A DNA stretch of 63,214 nt, counting the filler. It is 4 parts of 4 records of this genome, joined end to end, with 100 filler letters (N's around TTAATTAATTAA, not from the genome) between each part and the next. Parts side by side here need not be neighbours in the genome. Positions count along the whole stretch, not along the records: positions 1 to 31,449 come from SRR20825019_1427; 3 more parts are not named here. One strand, 5' to 3'. The notes below the pieces were generated by a model. That model was not told the DNA's origin, ran no database searches, and saw only the letters and a program-made list of their open reading frames with translations. Made by a program: the position numbers and the translations under genes. Of this stretch, positions 1-10,820 are shown piece after piece (positions within the stretch are counted from its first letter, which is position 1; each line of letters opens with the position of its first letter).

Positions 1-181
1 GATAGATCTCTCGAGGTAGTAATTCTCATCTGAACCTCTCGCTTTGCTCTGGATGGCGAGCATAATTAAAGGTCATGTTTTGCAGTCATCTTCTTCACTG
101 AGGATTCCACTGAGCTTCCTCTCAACTTGTTACCACACCACAGCCGCTTCGCTCGAACTGGGGATTCAAGTGTGGGGATCC

Positions 182-500
182 TCGCGCCGCGGGACGGCGC
201 GCCGGCCGGGCGGCCGCGCGTTCACCCCCGGCTGACGCCGATGAGGCGCACGCGAGCCTCCGGCCGGCCAGTCGCGCGCGGCCCGCCCCCCGGCTGATGA
301 GCGCGGCGGGCCGCCCCGCGCCCGGCATCCGAGGTCCCGTCGCGAGTCCAGGCTGGATCCGCACGGCTCCCCCCGGCAGCCGCCGGTTGTCCTAGCATGG
401 CCCTGGCTGGCCCACCGGTTCCGCCTACTCCACTCGGTTCCGGTGGCGGGCCGGGCAGCCGCAGGCCTCCCAGGCGTCGCGGGCCACCGCCCGGAACCTG
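182..500. promoter_or_regulatory. GC-rich island upstream of the GH3 gene
   Basis: Visibly much higher GC than the coding DNA, dense in CCGG/GGCC/CGCG. Islands like this recur 5' of genes across the contig. Confidence 0.55.
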
Positions 501-692
501 AATCCTCAAGCAGGTGGTCCGTGCCGAGTCATCAGTCTTCCCGCCCCTCCTGCGGCGCTTGCGGTCTGTGCTATCACTTCTCTTACCAAGAGTAGCACTC
601 GAAGCACTGACAAGGCCTAGACCCTTGTGTTTGTGTTGAAGGAGTATATTTAATTAAGCTGTTTGATCCCTTGCATATTTCAAACGAGGAAC

Positions 693-3645
693 ATGAAGGT
701 CTCACTTTGGGTTGTCTCCCTCCTATTCCTTTCCCATGCGTGGGCGGGTGTGGTCCCAGATGCGTCCATGGTCGTGCCCCACGTTGCCACTAGTATCCCG
801 CGGGCGTGCAGCACCCCTTCTACGTCCAAATATCCGTTCTGCGACACCACCCTCTCAAACGACGCCCGGATCAAGGACCTGATAAGCCGTCTCTCCTTGG
901 ATGAAAAGGCCAAGATGCTCACTGCCCGAGAGTCGCCCAAGGGTGACGTCCCTCGCATTGGACTGCCCGAGTTTGACTGGGGCACCAACTGCCTGCACGG
1001 TACGTGTGTCGTCGCGTTTCCCAACAGACATTGACTCGCCGAGAAGGTGTTCAGTCTCGGTGTGGCACCCGCTGTCCCACGTCATTCCCCAGCCCCAACG
1101 CACTGGGTGCTGCCTGGGATGGAGACTCGATCAGGCGCATGGCCTCCATCATTGGGTGGGAGCTTAGAGCTCTGTGGTTGGAGGTAAATCTTCCGAATAC
1201 CCGTCGCGTGCAGAAGTTCCAACCGCATATGACAGGGCGTTGGCGAGAACCACGATAACAATCTTCCGCATGTTGCTCCAACGTGCTGGAGTCCTAACGT
1301 AAGTGAAGTGGCCCGTCTCAATTCCTTGGTATTCTTATCGTCTAACCCCTAACACAACAGATCAACATCAACCGTGATCCGCGTTGGGGCCGCAACCAAG
1401 AGGTTTCATCCGAGGATCCATTCCTGACCGCTGTGTATGGCATTCAGCACACCCTCGGCCTTCAGAAGGGAGAAGGGAAGGACCCCCGGTACCTCCAAAC
1501 CGCCGTCACACTGAAACACTACGCCGCATACTCCGTGAGTCGCGCTTGTCCCCTCGTCTTTCGTTGATTTCTTACTCGCGGCAGCTGGAGAACATCCCTG
1601 GCACAAACATCACGAGAGAGAATTTTAATGCCATCGTTAACGATCACGACATGGCCGATACCTACCTTGTCGCGTGGAAGGCCGCGGTGAAGGATGCGAA
1701 TGCCAAGGGTGTAATGTGCTCGTACAACGCCATCAACGGCGTGCCCACCTGTGCCTCTTCTAAGCTCCGCGATTACCTTCGCAAGGACTGGGGCTTTGAG
1801 GGATATGTTACCAGTGACACCGGTGCCATTGAAGATATTTGGGAACAGCACAAGTATGTGAAGACAGGTAAGGGATCGGGCACCGGTGACCGCCGCGGGG
1901 GACAAGGGTGAACGTTGAAATTGATTTTGTCGAGTGCAGCCGAAGAGGCCCTGTTGGTGGCCCTCCGTGATGGCGAGACTGATATCTGCAGCGGAGACAT
2001 TCTCAAGGACAACTTGAGTAGTGCTGTGGAGAAGGGTATTGTCACCGAGAGCATGGTTGACCGTGCCATGTACAATTCCCTGCGCATTCGGTGAGTTGTG
2101 TGACGTGTGGCGGGCCCGTGGCGCGCAAATCTAACCCACGCTGCTGCAGCTTTGAACTCGGCCTCTTGGACCCTATCGACAAGCAGCCATATTGGCATGT
2201 TGATCCCACGGAGGTGAACACTAAGGAATCCCAGGACTTCAACCTGGAGCTTACCAAGAAGTCCCTCGTACTCCTGAAGAATGATGGTGAGGTTGTGGAG
2301 CAAACATGCCGGCTGTTCGCTGACCAGCTCTGCCCCTCTAGCCGGCCTCCCATGGGCTGCAGACTCCAAGGAGAAGATTGCAGTCCTCGGCCCTCACGCC
2401 GATGCCCAGGAGGTATGGGTTCGCCACGTTAAGGTGGCAGTCGGAATTTGATTTACATGTACCTTACACTGCACCTCCAGGTTCTCGTCGGAAACTATCT
2501 CGGTCAGATCTGCCCCGGCCACTATCAGGATTTCAGCTGCATCACCAAGCTTTCTAGTGGAATAGAGTCTGTGGCCGGCGCCTCTCGGGTTTCGGTTAAC
2601 CAAGGATGCGACGTCGATTCCCAGGACACCTCGAAATTTGCGGATGCAATCAAGCTTGCTGAGCAGTCTGACAAGGTGGTGCTTGCCATCGGTCTTGACC
2701 AGAAGGTTGAAGGCGAAGCGAACGATCGCCAGTCTATTCGTCTCCCTGGTGTGCAGGAGAAGTTTGTCAGCGCGGTGCTTCAGCTGAACAAGCCCACGAC
2801 AATCGTCATCATCAATGGAGGCGTGGTCAGCCTCGACTTCCTGGAGAAATCGAATGGAATCTACTCTATCATTGAGGCCTGGTACCCCGGTTACCAGGGG
2901 GCCAGCGCCATAGCCTCAACACTGTTCGGGCAAAATGAATTCCTCGGTGGAAAGCTTCCTGTTACGATGGTACGTGGTGTCCAGACAGGCGACGTTGCCT
3001 TGTGCTGACCTTTTGGCATCCCAGTATCGCGAGGAAATCTCCAAGGATCTGGATTTCACTAGTATGGATTGGACTCTGTCCCCCGGCCGCTCCTATCGCT
3101 ACTACACCGGGGATGTGGTGTATCCGTTCGGTTATGGTCTGTCCTTCACTACATGGTCTTTGTCTGCGTCTTCGAGTGATATTTCGGTGCGGCAGCCTCC
3201 CATCGATTTGACTAGGGACTAACTTGTTTCACAGGGGCTCACATTCTCAAACAAGGGAGATCTGTCGGATGAGAAGGTGGTGTCTGTTAGGGTGGCCAAT
3301 ACTGGCGCTGTCACCGGCGATGAGGTTGTCCAGGCCTACTTCAAGCCTATGTTCCAAACTGTGGATGACACCAAACATGTCGGACTCCAAAAGCAGTTGT
3401 TCTGGTTCCAGCGTGTTCACGCCGGCGCTGGTGATCATGTAGATGTCAAGGTGCCGATCTCTGTTCGTAATTTCCAGACCGTCGCTCGCACGAGCAAGGG
3501 TGGCATCAACGAAGGAGATATCGTGTCGTTGGCTGGCGCTTACCAGGTCATCATCACAAATGGGAATGATGAAACCATCACAGTTCCCGTCACCGTGACG
3601 GGCGAAAGTGTCCGGGTGATGGAACCTTTCCCTCAGCACAAGTAA
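693..3645 (+). CDS. Secreted glycoside hydrolase family 3 (beta-xylosidase/beta-glucosidase-like), 11 exons, ~794 aa
   Basis: Exons 693-999, 1047-1183, 1236-1298, 1361-1534, 1585-1867, 1940-2090, 2150-2286, 2342-2412, 2481-2969, 3025-3186 and 3235-3645 are joined by GT..AG introns and give a continuous frame (2385 nt). It has a signal peptide (MKVSLWVVSLLFLSHAWA) and GH3 motifs WSPNININRDPRWGRNQE, LKHYAAY, VMCSYNAINGVP, YVTSDTGA (nucleophile Asp), EGEANDR, YPFGYGLSFT and a C-terminal Fn3-like GDEVVQAY. Confidence 0.93.
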
Positions 3646-3769
3646 TGCCCCACTACCTAATTAAATGAGTAGTGCGGATAGTGCATCACCTACAAAGTTC
3701 TATTTTATTGGCGTTTTTCAATCACCGCGGCCAGGGCAGAGTGTGGCAGTGATGGTGCGTCGCAGCGGT

Positions 3770-4200
3770 TACGCCTCGGCGGGCCGACAGTCATGGCCCC
3801 GAGTGAGTCGCCGGCGGGGCTCAGGGGGCGGCCGCGCGACCGAGGACGCAGTCACATGCCCGTCACCAGGCGCCAAGCCGGCAGAACGTGACGCCGGCCG
3901 GCGCCGGAGCCGTCGGGGCGGAGGCGTGGGCGGCGCAGTGGGCCGGCCGGCCCGCGGGAGGCGCCCAGCAGACGGCTCATGAGGATGGGAGACGGCTGGG
4001 GGCCATAGGCTGCCTCCCCGCGTCAGCGAGTCGCGCGCCCCGGGGCCGCCGCCCGGGCGGTCCGGGCCCGGCACGCATGGTCGCACGCCCCGGAGGCCGC
4101 CCCCATCGCAAGTGACGCCGGCCGGCCGCTCGACGGCTCCGGCCCGGCGCCCGGCCGGCCCAGCCGTCGCCTGGCCTGCACTGCGGCCCCGGTGGCCGCG
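3770..4200. promoter_or_regulatory. GC-rich island upstream of the NB-ARC/TPR gene
   Basis: Same composition as the other islands, with many TGAC/GTCA/TGAG words. Confidence 0.55.
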
Positions 4201-4362
4201 CCAGCTTCTACACTTACTGACGTATTACTCATAAGTGCACCGTGCCGGCGTAGTCTCATCCCAGACTAACTTTCGGGCCCAAGCGCTGGGCCCCACTCTA
4301 TACTCAGGAGTCGCAAGGACTGACAAGGACACGCATGAGGAGGTAGCGCGGAGATTGGAGAA

Positions 4363-7300
4363 ATGGCGGAAGCAGGTGTCCCAGTGTTTCCACGAGTCAA
4401 GGACATCGTGAGAGCGGCGGATTCAACCCCGCGCAAGGGCAAGGCCCGGGCTTGGGAAGGATGGACTCAGTGGCCTCCCTACACCACCGTCGCTCCGGCA
4501 CGCGCCGGACAAACTGAAAGCTTGCGGGACGTCATGGCGCCTGCATGCGATAGCAACGCGGGGGAGGGTCCGTCTGTCCCGCGGTCGGCACGCGGAGAGC
4601 AGAAGATGGCGTTCTGCGACGCCTTTGTGGTGCTAGATGACTGCCTGCGACCCAGGCTAGCGGGACTGCTGAGGGGCGTGGTGCCCCTGTGGTCGGCGGC
4701 GCAGCAGTGGTTCCGTGACGTGACAAGCGCCAATGAAGCACGAGACAAGGCGGACCAGCCTCAGCGGTCGCCCCGTTCGGGAGCCAAGGCAGGGCAGTTG
4801 CTCTTGCCTCCGTGTCCCGGTTGCGGGGCCACGGCGGCCGCCTCAGGCGCTCCGCGGGCCTGCCCGGCGGGTCATGAATGGTGGCACAGAGCTGTTGCGA
4901 GACGGCAAAGGTTGCGGGCGGCAATGGAGTGCGGGGTCGTGCGGAGGGCGGCGGCAGCGAAGATCCCGGACAGTCTGGACTTGGCCACTGTATTATATTT
5001 ACTGGCGCTGGTGCATCCAGTGGACGATGACGAAGAGAAATTTCTCTTGCAGCTGACGGCGGCTGGGCTGCGCTTACGCGAGGTGGGTGACGCATACTCG
5101 CCCGGCGCGTTGTTTCAGCGCAATCGAGTGTCGCCCGGTCTCAATCACTGGGCTCTGGTCCCGTTTGAGACCTTGATGCATGTCGTGAATGCTGTCAAGG
5201 AGGCCCCGTCCTCTGTTCTTTTTGCGAGAAACACAAGCGAGAAGAGTAAGAGAACATCCCGCGAGGCCGGCTGGCTGGTAGAGGTAATCAACTGCTGTGT
5301 TGGTGCGATTGACAAAGGAACAACCGCGCCTTGCATTGACGGAAATCTTCGCACGTTGAGTGGGGCGGGCAAGAACGCACTCTGGTTGATGTTGTATAGG
5401 GAGTGGGATAGGCTGCAGGAGTTTGGAACCCTCGCTGTGGCGTGGGCATGGGTGCTGGTGACAGGGCAGCTCCAGTATAACAACGAACTACTGTCCAGGT
5501 TGGTGGGAAGACCGCTGGGCAGATCCGGGTGGCCGGAGTTCGTGGGAGACTATGACATTGGCACTGCAGTGGCGATGCTCCAAGCAGTCCACCGGGTCGC
5601 TGCCGATGTTGCAGGAACGAGAGCGCAGCTGGCACCCGAAGTGGCGGCGCTGGGTGAGATGAAGACTATAGTATCGTCCTTACGGGACATACGGCTGGCG
5701 TTGGCGGGGCTGGGGCGACGCACTACGGACCCTGCGGTCCGCAATGCACTCCCTTCCGAGGAATCTATGAATTCGCTCTATCAGGCAGGCATGGATGCCA
5801 TGTCAAGCCAGGGGCTGGACATGAAAGCACTGCGAGGGCTGGCCACAAGGACGCTCGTGGCAGATTATGGTGGCAATGGAATCAGCACGCTCGCACCACC
5901 GCTGGCGCGTGCGGACATGCAGACGGTGCCGGCTAGTGATCGTCTGATACAGTCCTTTCAAGGGAGCCGAGATGGCGTGGTAGTTGTCACGGGGGGCGCC
6001 GGGGCGGGGAAGACGGCCTTGTTGGCGCGGTATTGCGCCGAGAACGGCGATCGGTACAAGTATGTGTTTTGGGTGGGCCTGGCGGAGGCGAGCGGGGATG
6101 TCTACATCCTTATGCACCAGCGGATATATGGCGAGCCGGACAGCGCCAGACGCCTCCGGGACAAAGAGAGCACTGATGACCGAACGGCAAGAAATCAAAA
6201 GGCAAAGGCGGAAGTGATTCACCACCTAACATCTTACTCGAGCGGCAGTCGGGGGTGGCTGGTGGTGGTGGAGTGTGGAGGAGTGGATGGATCATCGGTG
6301 GATGAAGCAAGGACCCTCACGGACGAGCTCACCAAGATTGGCCAGGAAGAAGCGCATAAGAAGGGTGAGTCCCGATCGCAGTCGCGGGGCTCCGCCGAGT
6401 CCACCGCACGGCTTAAACGGCACACGGCCATCCTGGTGCATGGGGGCGACCCGACGGTTTCGACACTCTTTGCGGGGTACCCCGTGATTGAAATGGAGGA
6501 GCTGTCTCGTGCAGACCGGAATGCTCTGCTGGCAAGAACAGGCGGCGCCGTGCTGAAGGAGTCTCTAGCGAAAAAATCGCCGCTTCAGGCCGCCGTTTTG
6601 GGCTCGTGTGGAGACGCAATTGTAAATTCCAAGGATCTTGTGTTCGGTCAGGAGGACAGCGTCCCTGACCTCCTGGTCGCGGCAAAGATGCGCTACCTTC
6701 CACGGGCTGCATGGCCTCGTGGCGAGTGGTCCCTTCCTGCGAATCTCCAGTGCATTGACAACTACCTTGGGCAGATGGGCGACACGTCCGGTGACGATGG
6801 ACGCGTCATGATCCGCCTGCTCGGGTGTTGTGGGGGTTACATAAGTCTCTTGCATGCTTCTTATAGTCACATTCTATGGGGAAGCGATACGAAACGCGCG
6901 ATTGAGGCCGCAAGGGCGATTGCTCAGTGGAATATTGGGTCTCTTGTGCTTCAAAACGGAAAAATTGTTGCGATCACATGTCATGCGTTCGTGGTGAATG
7001 CCTTGAGGGCAAAGGGGGGTGTCCTGCATCAGTCCGATGAGAATTGGAAGCGGCGCACCGCCCAGTATGCCGGATCATACCTGGGCGCCGTAGTGAGATC
7101 TCACCTCGGCCAGTCGGTGTTCGTGGCGGAGGCCTTGTCAAGTCGAGATGTCGCCATTCTAACCCGCGTTTGCGTTGGGGCATGCGCCGCGTTGGGACTA
7201 GTGTCAGCAGGGTATATCGAGCCACCACTGTTGCTGCTGTATTTTATGACTTGCGCGCAGCTCCGCCCGGGCATGCCGTCCCCAGCCTCAAAAGCAATCG

Positions 7301-10300
7301 CCTATATGGTCAAGGTGTTCTCGAAGTCGTTTTGGGCGAAACGAGAGCCAGCTTTTGTGCAAATATCCCGCGCTTTCGTGCACAGGAGCCTCATGGACAA
7401 ACCTCCGGGTCTGATCCAATCAGTTGGGATGGATGGGTCTCCATACAACGACTTCATTTCCTCTGTCACCGCGGATGGCTTCAAGGGTATATGCCACGGG
7501 GGTGGGGATGTGTCAGGGGATGAGCATCGTCTCGACAACAGGGTGGGCGGAGGAGGGAAGCAGTGCCTCTGTGATGGTTTGGTGATGTATCTGCACGTCC
7601 TTCACTGCGACGCCGCCACTCGAGCACGCTGGCGTACCGCGGAGAATGAATGGAAATCTTTGCGCAGCGTGATAAAGAAGAGGATGGGGCCCCGCCACGC
7701 GGACTTTTGCAATGCCACGATGTCACTGGCGTCTGTTCACGACATGCAAGGGCGATGTGCGGAAGCGGCGAGGTTGATGGAGGAGGTGCGTTCCGTGAGA
7801 AAGGAGGAGCTTGGTCGCAGCAGCGGCGAGTATATCGCGGTCCTCAAAAGCCTTTCAGACGTGTTAACTGATATGGGGGAGCCTAGCAAGGCACTCAGTC
7901 TTTTGGAGGAAGCCCGGTCGATACAAGAAGGAATGATCGGAAAGGTCCACCCCGACTATGCCGACACCCTCGAATTGGTCGCAAAGGTATATGACGCTGC
8001 TGACCAACCGGAAGAGTCCCTTGGCGTCCTGGAGGAGGTGAAACGCATTAGGTCCATCGTTCTGGGACGTATGCACCCGCTCTATCTATCATCCCTGAGT
8101 GCCTTGGCCTTGGCTCATGACTTGGCTGGCCACACGGCGAGAGCGGCCGAGGAATATGAACTTGTGAGCAAGCTCACCCTGGAAGGGCTTGGCAACCAGC
8201 ACCCCGACTATTTGGAGTCTCTGATGTCATCTGGTGCAGTTTTGACTTCAACGGGTCAGTTTTCAGATGCGTTGAAGAAGTACCATGAGGTCCACCAGGT
8301 TCGTGCCAAGACTCTGGGAAAGGCACACGAAAAGACGCTGTCGGCCGGCCATAATATCGGGGTGACCCTCCGTAGCTTGGGGAGATACAATGACGCACTG
8401 GAGTGCTTAGAGGACGTCATGGTGTCACGGAGGGAGGCGTTGGGATCTCGGCATCCGGACTACCTTACGACTGTCCATCACGTGGGCGTGGTGTTGAGGA
8501 GTCTGGGGAAGTTCACGCAGGCAATGGATATGTTTGAGGAGGCGCGCATCGGGAGGGCCCAAGCGCTTGGTGACCGGAGTAGGGACTACATCTCCACCGT
8601 GAGCGCAATCGCAGGCATTCACAAGGCCCGCGGCGACTATGCAGATGCGTTGGAAATGTACACCAGGGTGCGGGATGCGCGGATGGAGCTTCAAGGGCCG
8701 AGGCATCCGGATTATCTAACCGCTTTGGCTAACATCGCCATGGTTCTAAAAGGGACAGGCCAATACGCGGAAGCTCTGGAGATGCTCAAGGAGTGTCGGG
8801 CGGGGCAAGAGGTGATTTTGGGACCCGACCACCCGACTGTGTTGACCTGCGTACACAATATTGCTTCCGTCCAGCTTGCCCTAGGCAAAACTGCAGACGC
8901 GTTGGATGGATTCAAGACGGCTGCGGACCGTAGGAAGGTGGCGCTTGGCCCCCGACACCCAGATTACCTGACCTCTCTCAACAACGTGGCGGTGATCCTA
9001 CGGTCGATGGGGCAGTTGTCGGGTGCGTTGAAGGTATTTCGGAAGGTGGAGGCCGGCACGAAGTCGTCGCTTGGGGATAGTCACCCGAGCCATCTTACAG
9101 CGGTGCACAATGTGGGCTCGGTTCTTTTTGCGCAAGGTGCATTTGGTGAGGCTTTGCGGGCATTTGACTACGCGAAGGCAGGCCGCTTGAAGTCTCTCGG
9201 GCGGGCCCACCCAGATTACTTGGCCACCCTGACCAACATGGCCATTGTGTATAGTGCAATGAATGACTATCCCAGGGCAATGGAGCTTTATGACGAAGTG
9301 AGGCTTCAACAGGAGCAATCTCTCGGACAGTCGCACCCTGATTATCTTACCACTCTGCATAACATTGCCGGGCTTGAGGGACAGCATGGCGACGCGGAAC
9401 AGGCACTGCAAAATCTGAAGAAGGTTCAGAGCCGCCGCCGTGCTTCTCTGGGCACGATGCACCCAGATACTCTCAGTACGGGTGATCTGATGGCGACAGT
9501 CATGCGCCGTCTGGGATTGGAAGATGAGGCGACATCGGTGCTCGATGACGTTCTGCGGGGGCGAGAAGCCACCCTTGGTGTGAATCATCCCGACTATCTC
9601 GCCACCCATCGCGCCCTTAATGGAATGCCTCCTTCGTCTGCTATGAATGGAGGCAAAGCAGAACCTTCTTCTCGTTCAGAAGAGCGGTCCGTGCTACAGC
9701 CATCGTTGTCAGCACGCCGCCTCTCATCCAAGAGAAGTGATAGTGATTCTGGGGCAGGGGTCGACGTTGAGGTTGCGTCTATCCGAACATCGCAAGGCAT
9801 CGGAGATGGCCAGTCCGAAGATACTCATGCGGGAACCGACGGGCAAGAGCCCATTGATGCATCTAACGGGGGAGACGACCGAGTCGCCCCTTTCGAATGC
9901 AACCACACCTACACTCTGGAGCAGGCGAGAACACACGCGCTCTCTCTTTTTGGCCGGATGGCGCTCGGCCTTGGCCCAGTGAAGTGCCCGAGGCGTGACT
10001 GTGGCGCAAAGATCCGTGTCCAATGGATGGTGAAGGAGGGTTACGCCGCCCGTCTTAAGGACATGATGTTTGCCCTGCAAGCATTCTATGCTCCACCTCT
10101 TGACAGTGATGGCGGAAGTGAAGGTGACGATGTGAGTGTTGAACTGCGGCCGGGCGATCGTTCTGGCCGTGACTCCGGCGTGGAAGTGGGTATCCGAGAC
10201 GACGAGAAAAGCGTGGACACCAGTATTGCAAGTCGCTCCTCCAACTCCGTAGATGTCACCGTGCCTTCCCGGTCCGCCGCCAAGGCCCCAAAGGCGGCCG

Positions 10301-10335
10301 CACGGCAGAGCAAGAAGAAGGGGAAGAAGAAATAA
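4363..10335 (+). CDS. Intronless STAND-class (NB-ARC-like) P-loop NTPase with kinesin-light-chain/NPHP3-type TPR array and a degenerate RING-like C-terminal motif, 1990 aa
   Basis: Single ORF. Walker A VTGGAGAGKT (~5986-6015), followed by RYKYVFWV, Walker-B-like WLVVVE and GxP-like KSPLQAA. The 42-aa LGxxHPDY repeats span 7684-9600. C-terminal CNHTY...KCPRRDC and a Lys-rich tail. Confidence 0.85.
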   Translation: MAEAGVPVFPRVKDIVRAADSTPRKGKARAWEGWTQWPPYTTVAPARAGQTESLRDVMAPACDSNAGEGPSVPRSARGEQKMAFCDAFVVLDDCLRPRLAGLLRGVVPLWSAAQQWFRDVTSANEARDKADQPQRSPRSGAKAGQLLLPPCPGCGATAAASGAPRACPAGHEWWHRAVARRQRLRAAMECGVVRRAAAAKIPDSLDLATVLYLLALVHPVDDDEEKFLLQLTAAGLRLREVGDAYSPGALFQRNRVSPGLNHWALVPFETLMHVVNAVKEAPSSVLFARNTSEKSKRTSREAGWLVEVINCCVGAIDKGTTAPCIDGNLRTLSGAGKNALWLMLYREWDRLQEFGTLAVAWAWVLVTGQLQYNNELLSRLVGRPLGRSGWPEFVGDYDIGTAVAMLQAVHRVAADVAGTRAQLAPEVAALGEMKTIVSSLRDIRLALAGLGRRTTDPAVRNALPSEESMNSLYQAGMDAMSSQGLDMKALRGLATRTLVADYGGNGISTLAPPLARADMQTVPASDRLIQSFQGSRDGVVVVTGGAGAGKTALLARYCAENGDRYKYVFWVGLAEASGDVYILMHQRIYGEPDSARRLRDKESTDDRTARNQKAKAEVIHHLTSYSSGSRGWLVVVECGGVDGSSVDEARTLTDELTKIGQEEAHKKGESRSQSRGSAESTARLKRHTAILVHGGDPTVSTLFAGYPVIEMEELSRADRNALLARTGGAVLKESLAKKSPLQAAVLGSCGDAIVNSKDLVFGQEDSVPDLLVAAKMRYLPRAAWPRGEWSLPANLQCIDNYLGQMGDTSGDDGRVMIRLLGCCGGYISLLHASYSHILWGSDTKRAIEAARAIAQWNIGSLVLQNGKIVAITCHAFVVNALRAKGGVLHQSDENWKRRTAQYAGSYLGAVVRSHLGQSVFVAEALSSRDVAILTRVCVGACAALGLVSAGYIEPPLLLLYFMTCAQLRPGMPSPASKAIAYMVKVFSKSFWAKREPAFVQISRAFVHRSLMDKPPGLIQSVGMDGSPYNDFISSVTADGFKGICHGGGDVSGDEHRLDNRVGGGGKQCLCDGLVMYLHVLHCDAATRARWRTAENEWKSLRSVIKKRMGPRHADFCNATMSLASVHDMQGRCAEAARLMEEVRSVRKEELGRSSGEYIAVLKSLSDVLTDMGEPSKALSLLEEARSIQEGMIGKVHPDYADTLELVAKVYDAADQPEESLGVLEEVKRIRSIVLGRMHPLYLSSLSALALAHDLAGHTARAAEEYELVSKLTLEGLGNQHPDYLESLMSSGAVLTSTGQFSDALKKYHEVHQVRAKTLGKAHEKTLSAGHNIGVTLRSLGRYNDALECLEDVMVSRREALGSRHPDYLTTVHHVGVVLRSLGKFTQAMDMFEEARIGRAQALGDRSRDYISTVSAIAGIHKARGDYADALEMYTRVRDARMELQGPRHPDYLTALANIAMVLKGTGQYAEALEMLKECRAGQEVILGPDHPTVLTCVHNIASVQLALGKTADALDGFKTAADRRKVALGPRHPDYLTSLNNVAVILRSMGQLSGALKVFRKVEAGTKSSLGDSHPSHLTAVHNVGSVLFAQGAFGEALRAFDYAKAGRLKSLGRAHPDYLATLTNMAIVYSAMNDYPRAMELYDEVRLQQEQSLGQSHPDYLTTLHNIAGLEGQHGDAEQALQNLKKVQSRRRASLGTMHPDTLSTGDLMATVMRRLGLEDEATSVLDDVLRGREATLGVNHPDYLATHRALNGMPPSSAMNGGKAEPSSRSEERSVLQPSLSARRLSSKRSDSDSGAGVDVEVASIRTSQGIGDGQSEDTHAGTDGQEPIDASNGGDDRVAPFECNHTYTLEQARTHALSLFGRMALGLGPVKCPRRDCGAKIRVQWMVKEGYAARLKDMMFALQAFYAPPLDSDGGSEGDDVSVELRPGDRSGRDSGVEVGIRDDEKSVDTSIASRSSNSVDVTVPSRSAAKAPKAAARQSKKKGKKK
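7684..9600 (+). repeat. TPR array: 16 copies of the LGxxHPDY motif at an exact 126-nt (42-aa) period
   Basis: The first copy (MGPRHADF) is at 7684 and the last (LGVNHPDY) at 9574. The difference is 1890 = 15 x 126. Confidence 0.9.
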
Positions 10336-10512
10336 ACCTGGCCACAACCGCGGATATACAGCTCGATGTATATAGTACAAAGCTTTATGACTAGGTCTTT
10401 CTAGGGGGCACCAGCGTCTAACGTGCAGAACCCGCCCATGCCAAAACCCACCTCGCGCCTAATCAATAGTGGCGGTCATTGGAGTTATAGAAGTCTAAGC
10501 TTCCGAGTGTCT

Positions 10513-10820
10513 TCAAACCTGCAAAGAAAGGATTAGCAACTAACCAAGAGAGGATAAACCCGGTCGCGGGGAATGCTGACCTGTTGTTGATAACCATATG
10601 CCGGAGGCTGGGCATGTGCCATCTGCGCCTGGTTCTGAGACGCATGGTACATGCTGGCTGGCACCACCTGCGGCGTTCCGTCCGGTCCAACAACCGTATA
10701 ATATTGTTCTTGTGTAGGAGCCACAGGCACAGGAACGTATTGGGTGCGGGCCGGCTGATTATTGTTCTGATTATAGATCACGAGAACAATAACAAGGATG
10801 AGGACCAAAAACAGCACCAT
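10513..10820 (-). CDS. Small single-pass membrane protein with Q/P/Y-rich tail (~81 aa, 2 coding exons)
   Basis: MVLFLVLILVIVLVIYNQNNNQP...GYQQQ, intron 10580-10519 (GTCAGC..TGCAG), then V-stop. A GC-rich island lies upstream at ~10965-11050. Confidence 0.55.

Noticed and set aside
1-120. Possible start of a minus-strand gene running off the left edge (MLAIQSKARG...)
   Set aside because: Only ~20 codons are visible and there is no recognisable motif.
7684-9600. 126-nt periodicity as a possible CRISPR or DNA tandem array
   Set aside because: The repeats are conserved at the protein level (TPR) and diverged at the DNA level, with no repeat-spacer structure.
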